Shown here: piece by piece, positions 51,400 to 60,935 of the stretch
Layout: each line of letters starts with the position of its first letter
How positions within the stretch are numbered: position 1 is the first letter of the stretch
From: Candidatus Sulfomarinibacteraceae bacterium
GTDB lineage: Bacteria; Acidobacteriota; Thermoanaerobaculia; Thermoanaerobaculales; Sulfomarinibacteraceae
Direction: 5' to 3'
Length of the DNA stretch: 64,000 nt
Assembly (NCBI GenBank): GCA_963796455.1
Contig: CAWCLO010000008.1
Location: forward strand, 1-64,000
Program-made: the position numbers and the translations under genes
The notes under the pieces: model-generated
Told to the model about the DNA's origin: nothing
What the model saw: the letters and a program-made list of their open reading frames with translations, nothing else
Databases searched by the model: none

Positions 51400-52248
51400 G
51401 TGCGCGTCAAGCGAGCCTCCAAATACGGTTTCTGTGCGGGTGTGAGGGTCGCCGATACCACCCTTCGACGTTTTGCCTCCGGTGGGTCACGGGCTTCCAT
51501 CCTCGGTGCGCTGGTCCACAACGAGAGGGTCGTGGCTGAGATGGAGACCCTCGGAATGCAAACGGTCGACGATCTGGCAGAGGTCACCAATCCGACCGTT
51601 GTTTTTTCGGCCCACGGCGTACCACCCTCCTGCCACGACCGCGCCCGTGAAATGGGTCTGGAGGTGCTCGATACCACCTGTGCCTTTGTCAAAGACATTC
51701 ACGATGAAATCGAGGACGCGCTCGCCGGTGGCTTCCATCTCGTGGTGATCGGAGAGCCGGAGCACCGCGAGGTTGTCGGTTACACCGGCGATCTCGATGC
51801 AGCCGATTTTCACGTGATCACTGATCTCGATGATGTGGAGGCGGTGGGTTGGGGAGGGTTTACGAAGATCAAGGTAATTTTTCAAACGACGCTCAATGCC
51901 GGTGACTTCGAGCCGGTGGTGCGCGCGATCGAACAAAGCAATCCGAGAACTTTTCGCGCCGACACCATCTGTTATGCCACCAGGGAGAATCAGGACGCAG
52001 CCCAAGAGCTTGGCGATGATCCCACCGTGGATGTGATCGTCGTCGTTGGGGGTCGGAATTCTGCCAACACCGAGCATCTGTGGGAGATCTGCAAGCGCCG
52101 AAAACCGTCGTACTGGATTCAGGGTGTCGAAGACATTCGTGAGGAGTGGTTCGAGGAAATGTCCTGCGTCGGCCTCACCGCCGGTGCCTCTACCCCGGAC
52201 AGCATCATCGACGAAGTCGAGAAGTTCCTTCTGACATTGGCGAGTTGA
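51400..52248 (+). CDS. ispH: 4-hydroxy-3-methylbut-2-enyl diphosphate reductase
   Basis: GFCAGV, VHN, SAHG, DTTC, TIC.AT..NQ, NSAN, TAGASTP. Confidence 0.96.
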   Translation: MRVKRASKYGFCAGVRVADTTLRRFASGGSRASILGALVHNERVVAEMETLGMQTVDDLAEVTNPTVVFSAHGVPPSCHDRAREMGLEVLDTTCAFVKDIHDEIEDALAGGFHLVVIGEPEHREVVGYTGDLDAADFHVITDLDDVEAVGWGGFTKIKVIFQTTLNAGDFEPVVRAIEQSNPRTFRADTICYATRENQDAAQELGDDPTVDVIVVVGGRNSANTEHLWEICKRRKPSYWIQGVEDIREEWFEEMSCVGLTAGASTPDSIIDEVEKFLLTLAS

Positions 52249-52259
52249 GGTATCGGCTC

Positions 52260-52381
52260 GAGCAGAGGAGCAGAGGAGCAGAGGAGCAGAGGAGACCCTG
52301 CCCCTTTTCACCAACGACGTTTCCGGTACGGTCTCTCCCTTTCTCCCTTTCTCCCTTCCTCCCTTTCGGGAACGGGAACGG
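52260..52381. repeat. (GAGCAGAG)n and (TTTCTCCC)n octamer arms plus (GGGAAC)3
   Basis: Directly visible. Confidence 0.8.
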
Positions 52382-52539
52382 AACTCTCGTTCAATATGTC
52401 ATCCTGAGCGAAGCGCCTACGGCGCGAAGTCGAAGGATCTGCGGTTCGAGGTTTTTGCGGTTCGTCTCATAGATCCTTCGACTACGCCCCAGGGCGGGCT
52501 CCGCTCAGGATGACATCGGGAGGCGACATTCGCTTGAGT
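52382..52539 (+). repeat. Palindromic repeat element, copy B (inverted relative to 46890-47047)
   Basis: ATGTCATCCTGAGCGAAG...GCTCAGGATGACAT (52396-52516). Confidence 0.9.
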
Positions 52540-52633
52540 TCGAAGTCAGTGCGGGTGATTCCCCCTTTCCCCCTTTCACCCCTGCCCCCTTTCCCCTCGC
52601 CCTTCCGCCGCGCGGATCCAGTAAGCTCGGGGC

Positions 52634-53428
52634 ATGAGTGATCAAGAAGCTCGGATCGCCGTGGTCTCGGGGGCCTCGAGCGGGATCGGTGCCGCCACGG
52701 CTCGGTTGCTGGCCGCCAATGGTTGGCAGGTGGTGCTGGTTGCCCGGCGCGAGAACCGGCTCGAGGAGATCGCCGAAGAGATTGCGGCCGCCGGCGGAAC
52801 TGCCAGATCCGAGGCCCTCGATGCCGCCGATGGCGATGCGGTCCTCGATATGCAGGAACGGGTCCGGAACGAACTGGGTGTGCCTTCGCTGATCATCAAC
52901 GGCGCCGGCGCGGGTGTCTGGCGGTTTATCGAAGAGACCTCTCCCGAAGAGATCCGACAGATGATGGGGGCGCCCTATCTGGCAGCGGCGAATCTGAGTC
53001 ATGCTTTCATGGCGGACATGTTGGCCGCCGGACGCGGCCATCTCGTGCACGTTGGTTCTCCCGCATCGGTCATGCCGTGGCCGGGGGCGACGGCCTATAC
53101 CTGCTCACGATGGGCCCTGCGTGGTTTGCACGAGGCGCTGTGCATGGATCTGGTTGGCACTGGCCTGCAAAGCTCGTTGGTCTATTTCGGTGAGGTGTCG
53201 AGCGAGTACTTCGATGCCAACCCGGGCTCGCACGAACACATGCCCTCACTCGCTTCGTGGGTCCCGATCTCCACCTCGGAAGAATGCGCTGAGGTCATTC
53301 TCGGGGTCCTTCAGCGACCGCGAAGGGTCACCTTCTATCCATTTGCCCTGCGCATCATGGCGTGGCTGGCGGCACTCTCACCCGCGCCGACCCGCTGGCT
53401 GATCGCGCGGACAGGGCGAAAGCACTGA
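52634..53428 (+). CDS. SDR family oxidoreductase
   Basis: SGASSGIG, ARR, NGAG; atypical YTCSR in place of YxxxK. Confidence 0.9.
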   Translation: MSDQEARIAVVSGASSGIGAATARLLAANGWQVVLVARRENRLEEIAEEIAAAGGTARSEALDAADGDAVLDMQERVRNELGVPSLIINGAGAGVWRFIEETSPEEIRQMMGAPYLAAANLSHAFMADMLAAGRGHLVHVGSPASVMPWPGATAYTCSRWALRGLHEALCMDLVGTGLQSSLVYFGEVSSEYFDANPGSHEHMPSLASWVPISTSEECAEVILGVLQRPRRVTFYPFALRIMAWLAALSPAPTRWLIARTGRKH

Positions 53429-53523
53429 GGCCGTGGTGTAGTGAGGCCATGAGGTCGTGAGGGGCCCCACCCGCATCGCCTCGACGCCAGGTCGCGCCGG
53501 CGGCCGGTAACTCCCTCGCTGCC

Positions 53524-54417
53524 TTAATGTATCGAGGTCAGACGGTACTCTGCCAGAAGCCTTGCGTCGATCAGATCCGACTCGCTCCCCTCGATGCGGA
53601 AGTAGTGGCGGCCGATGGTATAGGCTCGCTCGATCCGTCGTTGAACCTCGGATGGGTCGTAGAGCAGGCGATAGACGTGCCCGACCTGAACATAGTCGAT
53701 CATCCGAAGATCGTCATCGCTGTCAAAGTCTCCGTCCCGTCCCGCAGAAATGATCTTGAGTCGAATCCACCTGCCGTGCTCGAGATCGGGGATGTCCTGG
53801 GTGAAAAAGGTAGCCTGCAGCCCCGCTTCGAGATCTGATTGAACCTGGGGGTCGTCGAACGCAGCGGCTCCGGGAACGACCGGCTGAAAAGAGACACGGT
53901 AGGGCCGTCCCCATCCGTCGGCGGCGCGAATCTCGTACATTTCGCGCACCGACGGCGGTGCCATCCCGGTGTCTGCGCCAAAGAAAACCAAGGGGATCCA
54001 GCCCCGGATGCGTGCGGTCGACGAGGGAGCCAGCACCTCCGCCCAGTCACCCTCGAAGGGAGGCACTTCTTCCTCACGAACCGAGAATCGGGATGCTGCC
54101 GATCCAATCTCGTGCATGCGGTGAATCGTCTCCAACTCGGAGGAACGGCCTTCGTCACCAAAGGCCATCCAAACGATGGTCGTGCGCAGATCCGGGCCGG
54201 GACCGGTGGTGCGGAGTCGTATGAAACCGATGATCGGAAGCACCAGAATCAGACCGTAGACCACGACCCTCCAGCCGCCGGCTCGAATCTGAGACATCAA
54301 TGATGGCTTCTCCGGGCGGGCCAGACTGGCGCTGAAATCCCAGCCGCAGTGAGCACAGATTGTCGCTCCCGCGGGGAGCTCCTTGCCACATCCATCGCAG
54401 ATGATTGCATCACTCAT
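53524..54417 (-). CDS. Zinc-ribbon + TM + GspG-like C-terminal motif protein
   Basis: CDGC..CAHC; TM helix; DGWGRPY and SAGRDGDF..DD. Confidence 0.6.
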   Translation of the reverse strand: MSDAIICDGCGKELPAGATICAHCGWDFSASLARPEKPSLMSQIRAGGWRVVVYGLILVLPIIGFIRLRTTGPGPDLRTTIVWMAFGDEGRSSELETIHRMHEIGSAASRFSVREEEVPPFEGDWAEVLAPSSTARIRGWIPLVFFGADTGMAPPSVREMYEIRAADGWGRPYRVSFQPVVPGAAAFDDPQVQSDLEAGLQATFFTQDIPDLEHGRWIRLKIISAGRDGDFDSDDDLRMIDYVQVGHVYRLLYDPSEVQRRIERAYTIGRHYFRIEGSESDLIDARLLAEYRLTSIH

Positions 54418-54476
54418 GGGGACAGCGTAGCACCATCCGGGTGGGTGGCAGCGAGTGAATCAACTATGCTCGATAC

Positions 54477-55046
54477 ATGGCGGATGCTGCGAAATGGGAC
54501 GCGATCGAACTACTGGTTCGCAAGGCCCAGGGTCGTGACCAGAATGCCTTTCGGATCCTTCTCGGTGAACACCGGGGGGCGGTGGTGTCGACCCTCTTCG
54601 CCTGTGGCGTCCGGTGTGAAGAAACGGCGCGCGATCTGGCTCAGGATGTGGCCCTGCGGGCCTGGCAGAAAATGGACTCGCTCGCGGATCCGCGCGCCTT
54701 CCCCGCCTGGTTGCGCCGAATCGCCGCCAACGCCGCCCGCGATCATTTGAGACGAACCGCGGTTCGGCGCGAGGACGAACTGGATGAGGCGCTCCATCTC
54801 GAAGGTGGAGACGATCCCCATGATCGAGCCGAGCGGGTTGCGGAGGTTCGGCTGATGCTCGCGGCATTGGCCGACGAGGATGCGGAGGTCGTGCAGCTTC
54901 TCGTGGCGCGCGCCGAGGGCGTATCGGTTGAACGGCTGGCTGCTGCAATGGAAATCAGCCCGGATGCGCTCAAAATGCGGGTGATGCGGGCCCGAAAGAG
55001 ACTCCGGGCGCGGCTCGAGGAGATTCGCACCGGGGGAGTCGGTTGA
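54477..55046 (+). CDS. ECF RNA polymerase sigma factor
   Basis: DLAQDV.LRAW, F.AWL.RIAAN..RD, region 4 'ALKMRVMRARKRL'. Confidence 0.9.
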   Translation: MADAAKWDAIELLVRKAQGRDQNAFRILLGEHRGAVVSTLFACGVRCEETARDLAQDVALRAWQKMDSLADPRAFPAWLRRIAANAARDHLRRTAVRREDELDEALHLEGGDDPHDRAERVAEVRLMLAALADEDAEVVQLLVARAEGVSVERLAAAMEISPDALKMRVMRARKRLRARLEEIRTGGVG

Positions 55047-55112
55047 TTCCCCTCGGATTGACCGTTACCCTGCGGCCGTGACAGCGTCCTTATAAGCGGA
55101 GAGTTGACGACA

Positions 55113-55604
55113 ATGACCATATGTACCCACCACGGCGATCTGATGCGTGATCTTGCACGGGGGCTGCTCGACGATGAGCCGGCCTTCGAGGCAGAGATCC
55201 TGCGCCAGGATTGCGAGCACTGTTCGGCGTGGTGGGAAAGTTCATTTGCCAACGCAGACATCGAGCCTGTCGATTCGGCGGTTCTCGAGGTCTTTGCGGC
55301 CTTTGCCCCACCGAAGAGCCGTCAAAGGTACGGCTGGTTGGCCGCTGCTGCTGCGGTTGTCCTTGCCATAGGTATCTCGTCGATGTCATGGATCGGGGGG
55401 GGCTCGGGGACAGCAGTGATGACCTCCCTCCCGGAGCCTCCGGCTGAAACCACGCTGGTGAGTCTTGATTTCGAGGACGGCACCCTCCACGGAGTTGGTG
55501 TCGTCATCCAAGGTGCCGAAGCTCAGCAAGAGGTGCCTGAAAAGGCCCTCTTCATCGCTGATCTCGAATCGGGCGATCTCTCGACCTGGACCACCAACGG
55601 CTGA
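55113..55604 (+). CDS. Putative membrane anti-sigma factor
   Basis: N-terminal C..CEHC (ZAS-like), WLAAAAAVVL TM helix, follows the ECF sigma gene. Confidence 0.7.
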   Translation: MTICTHHGDLMRDLARGLLDDEPAFEAEILRQDCEHCSAWWESSFANADIEPVDSAVLEVFAAFAPPKSRQRYGWLAAAAAVVLAIGISSMSWIGGGSGTAVMTSLPEPPAETTLVSLDFEDGTLHGVGVVIQGAEAQQEVPEKALFIADLESGDLSTWTTNG

Positions 55605-55687
55605 GTTTCCTCAGCCCGGCTTGGCCGGGCCAAGCCCTCTCCTGAACATCCTCCTCGATAATGTCGTGGACCGGGTGCATCCCGCAC

Positions 55688-56131
<444 letters not shown>

Positions 56132-56202
56132 ATCCTGCATCCTGCATCCGCCAGGTATGCGGTACCATTCATGACGCTCGGATTGCCGAGCCGGGAGGCA
56201 AG

Positions 56203-58263
56203 ATGACCCAGGGTAGGATTTTCGTGCTTGTTCTGATTCTGATGGCAGGTGTGGCCGGCGCGCAACAACACGCTTTCAACGTCCACGACCTGGTGGCCAT
56301 GCAGCGGGTGGCCGATCCGCAACCGTCGCCCGACGGCAGCGTAGCCGCCTTCGTGGTCACCACCATCGATCTCGCGGCCAACAAGGGTCGGCGGGATATC
56401 TGGTTGGCTGCCACCGATGGTTCGGGTGAGCGGCAACTTACCGATGATCCGGCCAACGATTGGAGCCCGCGCTGGAACGGTGACGGCAGCTTCTACTTTC
56501 TTTCGTCTCGATCCGGATCGGCCCAGGTCTTTCGTTACGACATGAAGACCGGGGCCCAGACCCAGATCACCGATCTCCCCCTCGGAGTCGACGCGCTCAA
56601 GGTGGGGCCCGGCGGCAAGGCGCTGTACGTGGGACTTGCGGTCTTCCCCGATTGCGGGCCTTCCGTCGCCTGTACCCAGTCGAAGCTCGAGGCGCGGAAA
56701 GCGCAGAAGACAACCGGTCTGGTTTTTGACAAGGTCTTTGTTCGTCACTGGGACACCTGGAAGGATGGCCGCCGCAACCACGTCTTTCGAATTCCGATCC
56801 TCGGCAACGGTACCGCAGGTGAGGCGGTGGATCTGATGGCAGGTGTCGATGGCGATTGTCCGACAATTCCGTGGGGTGGAGACGGAGACTTCGACATTTC
56901 ACCCGATGACGCCTGGTTGGTTTACTCCGCCAAGGTCGTTGCTGGGTCGGAGGAGGTGTGGTCCACGGATTGGGATCTGTGGAAGGTCCCGACCGACGGG
57001 TCGCAGGCGCCGCGCTGCCTGACCGAAGACAACCAGGCGTGGGATGCGGCCCCGGCCTTTTCCCCCGACGGATCCAGCCTCGCCTACCTCGCCATGGCTC
57101 GACCCGGATTCGAGGCCGACCGCTACCGGGTTCGTATCATGAACTGGAACGATGGATCGGTTCGTCCGGTTGCTGATAACTGGGACCGGTCGCCGGGTTC
57201 GCTGGTATGGTCGCCCGATGGGTCGAAGATTTTCACCTCGGCCAACAACATCGGCAATCACACGATTTTCAGCATCGATCCGGCCGACGAAATGGTCTCG
57301 GCGGCCATCACCCTCAACACCAACTCGAACCCGCGACCGTTGCCGGACGGCCGTCTGCTCTTCACCCGCGACAGCCTCACCTCTCCGGTGGAGCTCTATG
57401 TGCTCCCGAAAGGCGGAGGAACACCGGCGCCGATCACTCACCGAAACGACCGGCGCCTGGCCTCGATCGAGTTTGGAAGGTACGAGCAGTTTTCTTTCAC
57501 CGGCGCCCACAACGACGAGGTCTTCGGCTATCTGGTCTATCCCGTCGGTTTTGATCCTCAACAGACCTATCCCCTGGCTTTCATCGTCCACGGGGGGCCC
57601 CAGGGCAGCTCTGACGACCACTGGCACTACCGCTGGAATCCGCAGATCTATGCGGGCCACGGTTATGTCACCGTGATGATCGATTTCCACGGTTCCACCG
57701 GTTATGGTCAGGACTTCACCGATGCCATCCGGGGCGACTGGGGTGGAGCACCCTATGAGGACCTGATGACCGGGCTCGACTATGTGCTCGCCACCTATCG
57801 TTTCGTCGATTCCGAACGCATGGCTGCGGCCGGGGCGAGCTTTGGCGGATACATGATCAACTGGATCCAGGGCCAGACCGATCGTTTCAAGGCCCTCGTC
57901 TGCCACGACGGGAACCTCGACGAACTGATGGCCTACTACGACACTGAAGAACTGTGGTTCCCGGAGTGGGAACACGGCGGCACACCCTGGGAGAACCCCG
58001 AGGGCTATCGCAAACACTCACCGGTGAACCACGTGCAGAACTGGAAGACCCCTGAACTGGTGGTCCACGGCGCGCTCGACTATCGGGTTGTGGACACCCA
58101 GGGCCTCGCCACTTTCAACGCCCTGCAACGCCTTGGGGTGCCCTCGCGTCTGCTCTATTATCCGGACGAAAATCACTGGGTGCTCAAACCGCTGAACTCC
58201 ATTCAATGGCATGAGGAGGTGTTGGGATGGATGGATCGGTGGACGGGGGTGGGAGAAGAGTAG
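56203..58263 (+). CDS. S9 family peptidase (dipeptidyl-peptidase 5-like)
   Basis: Signal peptide; beta-propeller SPDG repeats; HGGPQ, GASFGG, DYRV, DENHW. Confidence 0.95.
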   Translation: MTQGRIFVLVLILMAGVAGAQQHAFNVHDLVAMQRVADPQPSPDGSVAAFVVTTIDLAANKGRRDIWLAATDGSGERQLTDDPANDWSPRWNGDGSFYFLSSRSGSAQVFRYDMKTGAQTQITDLPLGVDALKVGPGGKALYVGLAVFPDCGPSVACTQSKLEARKAQKTTGLVFDKVFVRHWDTWKDGRRNHVFRIPILGNGTAGEAVDLMAGVDGDCPTIPWGGDGDFDISPDDAWLVYSAKVVAGSEEVWSTDWDLWKVPTDGSQAPRCLTEDNQAWDAAPAFSPDGSSLAYLAMARPGFEADRYRVRIMNWNDGSVRPVADNWDRSPGSLVWSPDGSKIFTSANNIGNHTIFSIDPADEMVSAAITLNTNSNPRPLPDGRLLFTRDSLTSPVELYVLPKGGGTPAPITHRNDRRLASIEFGRYEQFSFTGAHNDEVFGYLVYPVGFDPQQTYPLAFIVHGGPQGSSDDHWHYRWNPQIYAGHGYVTVMIDFHGSTGYGQDFTDAIRGDWGGAPYEDLMTGLDYVLATYRFVDSERMAAAGASFGGYMINWIQGQTDRFKALVCHDGNLDELMAYYDTEELWFPEWEHGGTPWENPEGYRKHSPVNHVQNWKTPELVVHGALDYRVVDTQGLATFNALQRLGVPSRLLYYPDENHWVLKPLNSIQWHEEVLGWMDRWTGVGEE

Positions 58264-58366
58264 GGAGAGAGGGAGAAAGGGAGAGAGGGAGAGGAGAGGG
58301 AAAGGGGGGAGAAAGGGAGAGAGGGAGAAAGGGAGAGAGGGAGAAGGGGAGAAAGGGAGAAGGGGC
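58262..58366. repeat. Polypurine octamer tract (GGGAGARA)n
   Basis: About 100 nt of only A and G. Confidence 0.9.
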
Positions 58367-58522
58367 GATCGTTCGTTCTTCGTGCTCCTGTTCACCCTGA
58401 GCCCTGTCACCCATTTCGCGTGAAGAGACTCGTCGATCGATAATTGTTCGAGTGACTGGAATCATCGCAGACGTTTGAACAATGCTGATATTATTGATGA
58501 GTTCGGAATTGGAGGGAATCAG

Positions 58523-59083
58523 GTGATCATCGCCTGCCCGCAGTGCGACACAAAGTACCGCTACGACGAGGCGCGTTTTGGCGGAGCTGAGATCAAACAG
58601 GTGAAATGCACCAGCTGCAGCCACTCGTTCGAGGTCCGCAATCCCCTTGACGAACCTTCCAATGCGACCTCTATTGGAAAAATGTTCACCGACACACCGT
58701 CCGAGGTCTTGAACGTCGACTCCGATCATGAGCCCGAGGCCCCCGAACTCCCGGAGCTGGCCCCCTTGCCAAAAGACCAGCGCTTTTCGTTGGCGGTGAT
58801 AGCCGGAAGCCAGGCGGGAAGCGTCTTCCCGATCACCAAACCGCGGGTCTATCTGGGTCGTGGCTCGGCGGTGGACGTTCAGGTCAAGGATTCCGAGGTT
58901 TCCCGTAGACACGCCATGATCGAGGTGCGAAGCGGCAAGGTCGTACTCGTCGACCTCGGGGCGACCAATGGGACGTGGGTCGGCGGTGAGCGCGCGGACG
59001 AGTCCGAAATCGTCAATCAGGGCGAGTTCACCCTCGGCTCCACCACCCTGATGTTGATCGTCACCGGCGGTCCTTCGGCCTGA
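58523..59083 (+). CDS. MJ0042-type zinc ribbon + FHA domain protein
   Basis: CPQC..KCTSC; LGRG..DSEVSRRHA..DLGATNGT. Confidence 0.9.
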   Translation: MIIACPQCDTKYRYDEARFGGAEIKQVKCTSCSHSFEVRNPLDEPSNATSIGKMFTDTPSEVLNVDSDHEPEAPELPELAPLPKDQRFSLAVIAGSQAGSVFPITKPRVYLGRGSAVDVQVKDSEVSRRHAMIEVRSGKVVLVDLGATNGTWVGGERADESEIVNQGEFTLGSTTLMLIVTGGPSA

Positions 59084-59231
59084 TCTCTTTGCTGCTGCCA
59101 ATCTGACGTATCCTACCGATCAGATTCGGGACTTGAATTTGGTTTGTTTCTTGCTTAGCCTTTGCGCGAGGCCCTCTCAATCGAGACGGCTGATCAACAG
59201 AGAGTCGGGTCCTTTATTGGAGGAGCGTTGA

Positions 59232-60194
59232 ATGATCGAAGTTGAAAACCTCGGCAAGACTTACGTCGACAAGCCCGTAGTTCGGGACCTGAGCTTTTTT
59301 GTCCCTGAAGGACAGGTGCTCGGTTTTCTCGGACCCAACGGTGCCGGAAAAACCACGGTGATGCGGATGCTGACCGCGTTTCTGCCGCCGACCACCGGGC
59401 GGGTCGTTGTCGCCGGCATCGATCTCGACAAAGACTCCGTCGGACTCAGGAAGAACGTCGGTTACCTGCCCGAAAACGTGCCCTTGTATCCCGAGATGCG
59501 GGTCGATGAATATCTGCGGTTTCGGGCCTTGGTGGAGGGCGTGGTGAGTGCCGATATCCGCAGCCGGATCGACGACGTGCTCGATCGATGCCTGATCGGT
59601 GATGTTCGTCGCCAGGTCATCGGCACCCTTTCAAAAGGATATCGGCAGCGGGTCGGTCTGGCTGGGGCGCTGATCCACCAACCTCCCGTCCTGATCCTGG
59701 ACGAACCCACCGTCGGACTCGATCCCAACCAGATCATCAAGGTCCGCGAGCTGATTCAGGAGCTTGGTCGTGACCACACGGTTCTGCTTTCGACCCACAT
59801 CCTCCCCGAGGTCGAGCAGGTTTGCGAGCGGGTCTTTATCATCGACCGCGGCCGCATCGTCGCCGATGGCACGCCGGACGCCCTCCGGGCCAAGCTGCTT
59901 GGCAACCCGGTATTGGAGCTGGTGCTCAAAGACGAGCCGGTCGACGCCGCAGATGCCATGCTCGGCGTACCGGGGGTGGTCGCGGCGGCACGAGAGGAGA
60001 ACGGACGCTACGTGCTCGAGTACGCAGCCGATTCCGATCCGCGCGAGGAGGTCTTCAAGCTCGCGGTTGCCAGGGGCTGGGTCCTTTTGGAGCTGACGCC
60101 GCAACAAGCGACCCTCGAAGATGTATTTGTCCGATTGACCACCCGCGAGGACGACATCGTGCCGGCGGCTGAGTTGGAGGTTGCCAATGTCTAA
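59232..60194 (+). CDS. ABC transporter ATPase (GldA-like)
   Basis: GPNGAGKTT, LSKGYRQRVG, DEPTVGLDPNQ. Confidence 0.93.
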   Translation: MIEVENLGKTYVDKPVVRDLSFFVPEGQVLGFLGPNGAGKTTVMRMLTAFLPPTTGRVVVAGIDLDKDSVGLRKNVGYLPENVPLYPEMRVDEYLRFRALVEGVVSADIRSRIDDVLDRCLIGDVRRQVIGTLSKGYRQRVGLAGALIHQPPVLILDEPTVGLDPNQIIKVRELIQELGRDHTVLLSTHILPEVEQVCERVFIIDRGRIVADGTPDALRAKLLGNPVLELVLKDEPVDAADAMLGVPGVVAAAREENGRYVLEYAADSDPREEVFKLAVARGWVLLELTPQQATLEDVFVRLTTREDDIVPAAELEVANV

Positions 60195-60930
60195 GACCTG
60201 GGCCATCGTCCGGCGCGAGTTGATCGCCTACTTCTCCTCGCCACTCGCCTACATCGTCATGACGGCCTTTCTTCTGATGCAGGGCTATATTTTCTATCTC
60301 CTCGTTTCTTTTCTCAACAACCCACAGACTCCTGCCATGACACCGCTCCGGCTCTTTTTTGGCGGCACGATCTTCTTCTGGCTGTTTCTGCTCTTCGTCG
60401 TGCCGGTGATCACCATGCGCTTGATTGCCGAAGAGCGTCGGTCGGGGACCATCGAGGTTCTTCTGACGTCACCTGTGACCGAGGCCCAGGTGATCATCGG
60501 GAAGTTTGCCGCCGCAATGCTCTTCTATATCGCGCTGTGGCTCCCGACGATCCTCTATGTGGTGGTGCTCAAACGCCATTCAGAAATCGATATCGGGCCC
60601 GTCCTGGCGGGATATCTCGGGGTCTTGTTGCTCGGTTTCCTCTTCCTGTCGGTTGGCACGCTGGCTTCGACCCTGACCAACAACCAGCTCATCGCGGCCA
60701 TCATCGCTTTTGCCGCGATGGTCATCCTGTTTTCGATCGGTCTGGTCGAACAGTTGATGATGTCCTCGTCGGTACTCAAATCGACCCTCGCACAGATGAA
60801 TCTGTGGACCCAGATGGATGACTTCGCCAAGGGCATCGTCGACACGCGGCACGTTGTGTATCAGCTGTCGGTAGGATCCCTCTTTTTGTTTCTCGCCGCC
60901 AAGAGCCTCGAAATCAAGAAGTGGAGGTGA
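60187..60930 (+). CDS. ABC-2 permease (GldF-like)
   Basis: RELIAYF.SP.AY, TMRL.AEERRSGT.E.LLT.P, GK. Confidence 0.9.
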   Translation: MSKTWAIVRRELIAYFSSPLAYIVMTAFLLMQGYIFYLLVSFLNNPQTPAMTPLRLFFGGTIFFWLFLLFVVPVITMRLIAEERRSGTIEVLLTSPVTEAQVIIGKFAAAMLFYIALWLPTILYVVVLKRHSEIDIGPVLAGYLGVLLLGFLFLSVGTLASTLTNNQLIAAIIAFAAMVILFSIGLVEQLMMSSSVLKSTLAQMNLWTQMDDFAKGIVDTRHVVYQLSVGSLFLFLAAKSLEIKKWR

Positions 60931-60935
60931 GCGGT

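Noticed and set aside
59165..59215. Riboswitch upstream of the GldA-like operon
   Set aside because: A stem is possible but matches no riboswitch consensus I recognise
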